Positions 61,950 to 64,000 of a stretch of 64,000 bases of DNA are shown one piece after another. The translations under genes were made by a program, and so were the position numbers. The number at the start of each line of letters is the position of its first letter. The stretch's first letter is position 1. The notes below the pieces were generated by a model, which saw nothing but the letters and a program-made list of their open reading frames with translations, did not search any database and had not been told where the DNA came from. This DNA comes from Lama glama (Eukaryota), in assembly GCA_028534125.1 (NCBI GenBank), contig CM052832.1, positions 22,198,001 through 22,262,000 on the forward strand, given 5' to 3'.

Positions 61950-64000
61950 AACCAAAGTCCAGGTCCAGATGGCTACACTGGTGAATTCTACCAAACATTT
62001 AAAGAAGAATTAATGCTAACTGTTCTCAAACTTCCAAAAGATGAAAGAAGAGGAATCACTTCCAAATGCATTTTATAAAGCCAGCATTATCCTGACACCA
62101 AAACCAGAAAAGGACACCACAAGAAAATTACAGGCCAATATCCCAGTGAACATAGATGCAACAATCCTTAACAAAATATTAGCAAACCTAATTCAATAAT
62201 ATATTAAAAGGATTCAATGTCATGATCAAATGGGATTTATCCCAGGGATGCAAAGAAGATTCAGTATCTGCAAATTAGGCAATCGGAAACACCATGTTAA
62301 CAAAATGAAGGATAAAAATTATGATCATCTCAATAGAGGCAGAGAAAGCACTTGACAGAATTTAATATCCACTTATGACAAAAGCTTCCAACAAAGTGAG
62401 TATAGAGAGAATGTACTTCCACATAATAAAGGCCATCTATGGTGAGCCCACAGCTAACATCATGCTCAGTGATGAAAAACTGAGCTTTTTGTCTAAGACC
62501 AGGAACAAGACAAAGATGCCACTCTCACCACTTTTATTAAACTTAGTATTGGCAGTTGTAGCCAGAGCATTTAGGCAAGAAAAATAAATAAAAAGCATCC
62601 AAATAAGAAAGGCAGAAGTAAAACTGTCACTATTTGCAGATGACATAATATTATATAGAGAAAACCCTAAAGACTCCACCAAAAAAAAGCTCTTAGAACT
62701 AAGAAAGAAATTCAGTAAAGTTGCAGGATACAAAATCAATATGCAAGAATGTTGTATTTCTATATGCTAATAATGAACTATCAGATAGGGTAATTAAGAA
62801 AACACTCCTATTTACAATTGTATCAGAAAGAATAAAATACTAGGAATAAATTTAACCAAGGAAGTGAAAGAACTGTACACTGAGAACAGTAAGACATTAA
62901 TGAAAGAAACTGAAGAAGACACAAATAAATGGAAAGACATTCCATGCTCATGGATTGGAAAGTTTAATACTGTTAAAATGTCCCTATTACCCAAAGTAAT
63001 ATACAGATTAAATGCAATCTCAAAAATTCCAATAACATTTTTTCCATAGAAACAGAACACACAATTCTGAAATTTGTATGGAGCCACAAAAGACTTCAAA
63101 TACCCAAAGCAATCTTGAGAAAGCAGAACAAAGCTGGAGGAATCACACTTTCTGATTTTAAACTATATTACAAAGCTATACTCCTCAAAATAGTATGATA
63201 CTGTCATAACAAACACATAGATCAAATGGAACAGAATAGAGAGCCAAGTAAACCCATGCATATATGGTCAAAAAATTTATGACAAAGACACCAAGAATAC
63301 GCAATGGGGAAAGGATTGTCTCTTCAATAAATGGTGTTGGGAAAACTGGACAGCCACATGCAAACGAATAAAACTGAATGAATGAAAATGAATGAATAAA
63401 GAATGAAAATAATTGCTCTCTTACATTACCCACAGAAAAATCAACTCAAAATGCATTAAAGGCTTGAATGTAAGACTGAAACCATAAACTCCTAGAAGGA
63501 GTTTTAGGGGTGAGATCCTTGACATCGGCCTTGGCGGATAATTTTTTTAGAGTTGACACCAAGAACAAAGGCAACAAAAGCAAGAATAAACAAGTGGGAC
63601 TATATCAAACTAAAAAGCTCCTGCACAGCAAAGGAAACCATCAACAAAATGAAAAGGCAACCCACAGAACGGGAGAAAATATTTGCAAATCATCTATCTG
63701 ACACTGGGTTAATATCCAAATATATAAAGAACCCATATGACTCAATAGTATAAAAATGAGCAAACTGAATTACAAAATGGGCAGAGGAACTAGACATTTT
63801 TTCAAAGAAGACGTACAGATGGCCAACAGGTACATGAAAAGATACTCAGCATTACTAATCATCTGGAAAATGCAAATCCAGAAAGACAACAATGAGATAT
63901 CACCTCTACCTATTAGAATGACTGTCATCAAAGGGACAGGAGATAACAATGTCGGCAAGAATGTCAAGAGAAGGGAATCCTGTGCACTGTCGGCAGAAAT
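61950..64000 (+). mobile_element. L1 ORF2 (RT domain onward), frameshifted, runs off the window
   Basis: KSPGPDG-like start; RT motif FADD (TTTGCAGATGAC 62633-62644); KWKDIPCSWIG; multiple stops and indels. Confidence 0.95.

Noticed and set aside
1..64000. A novel multi-gene system, CRISPR array or prokaryotic-type operon
   Set aside because: The window is a spliced mammalian gene with interspersed repeats; I saw no repeat-spacer array, no long unexplained ORF and no second gene
61950..64000. Active L1 or domesticated reverse transcriptase
   Set aside because: Many stops and frameshifts, no ORF1 or intact endonuclease domain

Overview
Mammalian genomic DNA, very probably from a camelid: it carries four copies of the tRNA-Ala-derived vic-1-type SINE known from Tylopoda. 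The window holds most of MBOAT1 (lysophospholipid acyltransferase 1) on the + strand. It starts inside intron 1. Coding exons 2-12 can be read directly (22755-53814; 1262 nt, all introns GT-AG, one open frame with consistent phases), including the catalytic Asn (NWN) and His (WHG) motifs. Exon 1 lies upstream of the window. The coding part of the last exon is not visible and most likely falls in the 500-N gap at 56162-56661, followed by a probable 3' UTR ending near the AATAAA at 58766. The rest is intronic or downstream DNA filled with decayed L1, L2, MIR, MaLR/ERVL LTRs, hAT/Tigger MITEs, SINEs and microsatellites. Almost all ORFs in the supplied track are spurious. I see no evidence for a new multi-gene biological system. 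The best second-look items are retrotransposition oddities (an L1 3' transduction, a chimeric old/young L1 inside one TSD, a microhomology-deleted L1 in the putative 3' UTR, a SINE inserted into an older L1 TSD, an ultra-truncated SINE tail) and candidate regulatory sites (an intronic TCTCGCGAGA/E-box/CRE cluster, convergent CTCF motifs, paired CRE palindromes). Exon numbers, human comparisons and repeat subfamily names come from recall, not from searches.
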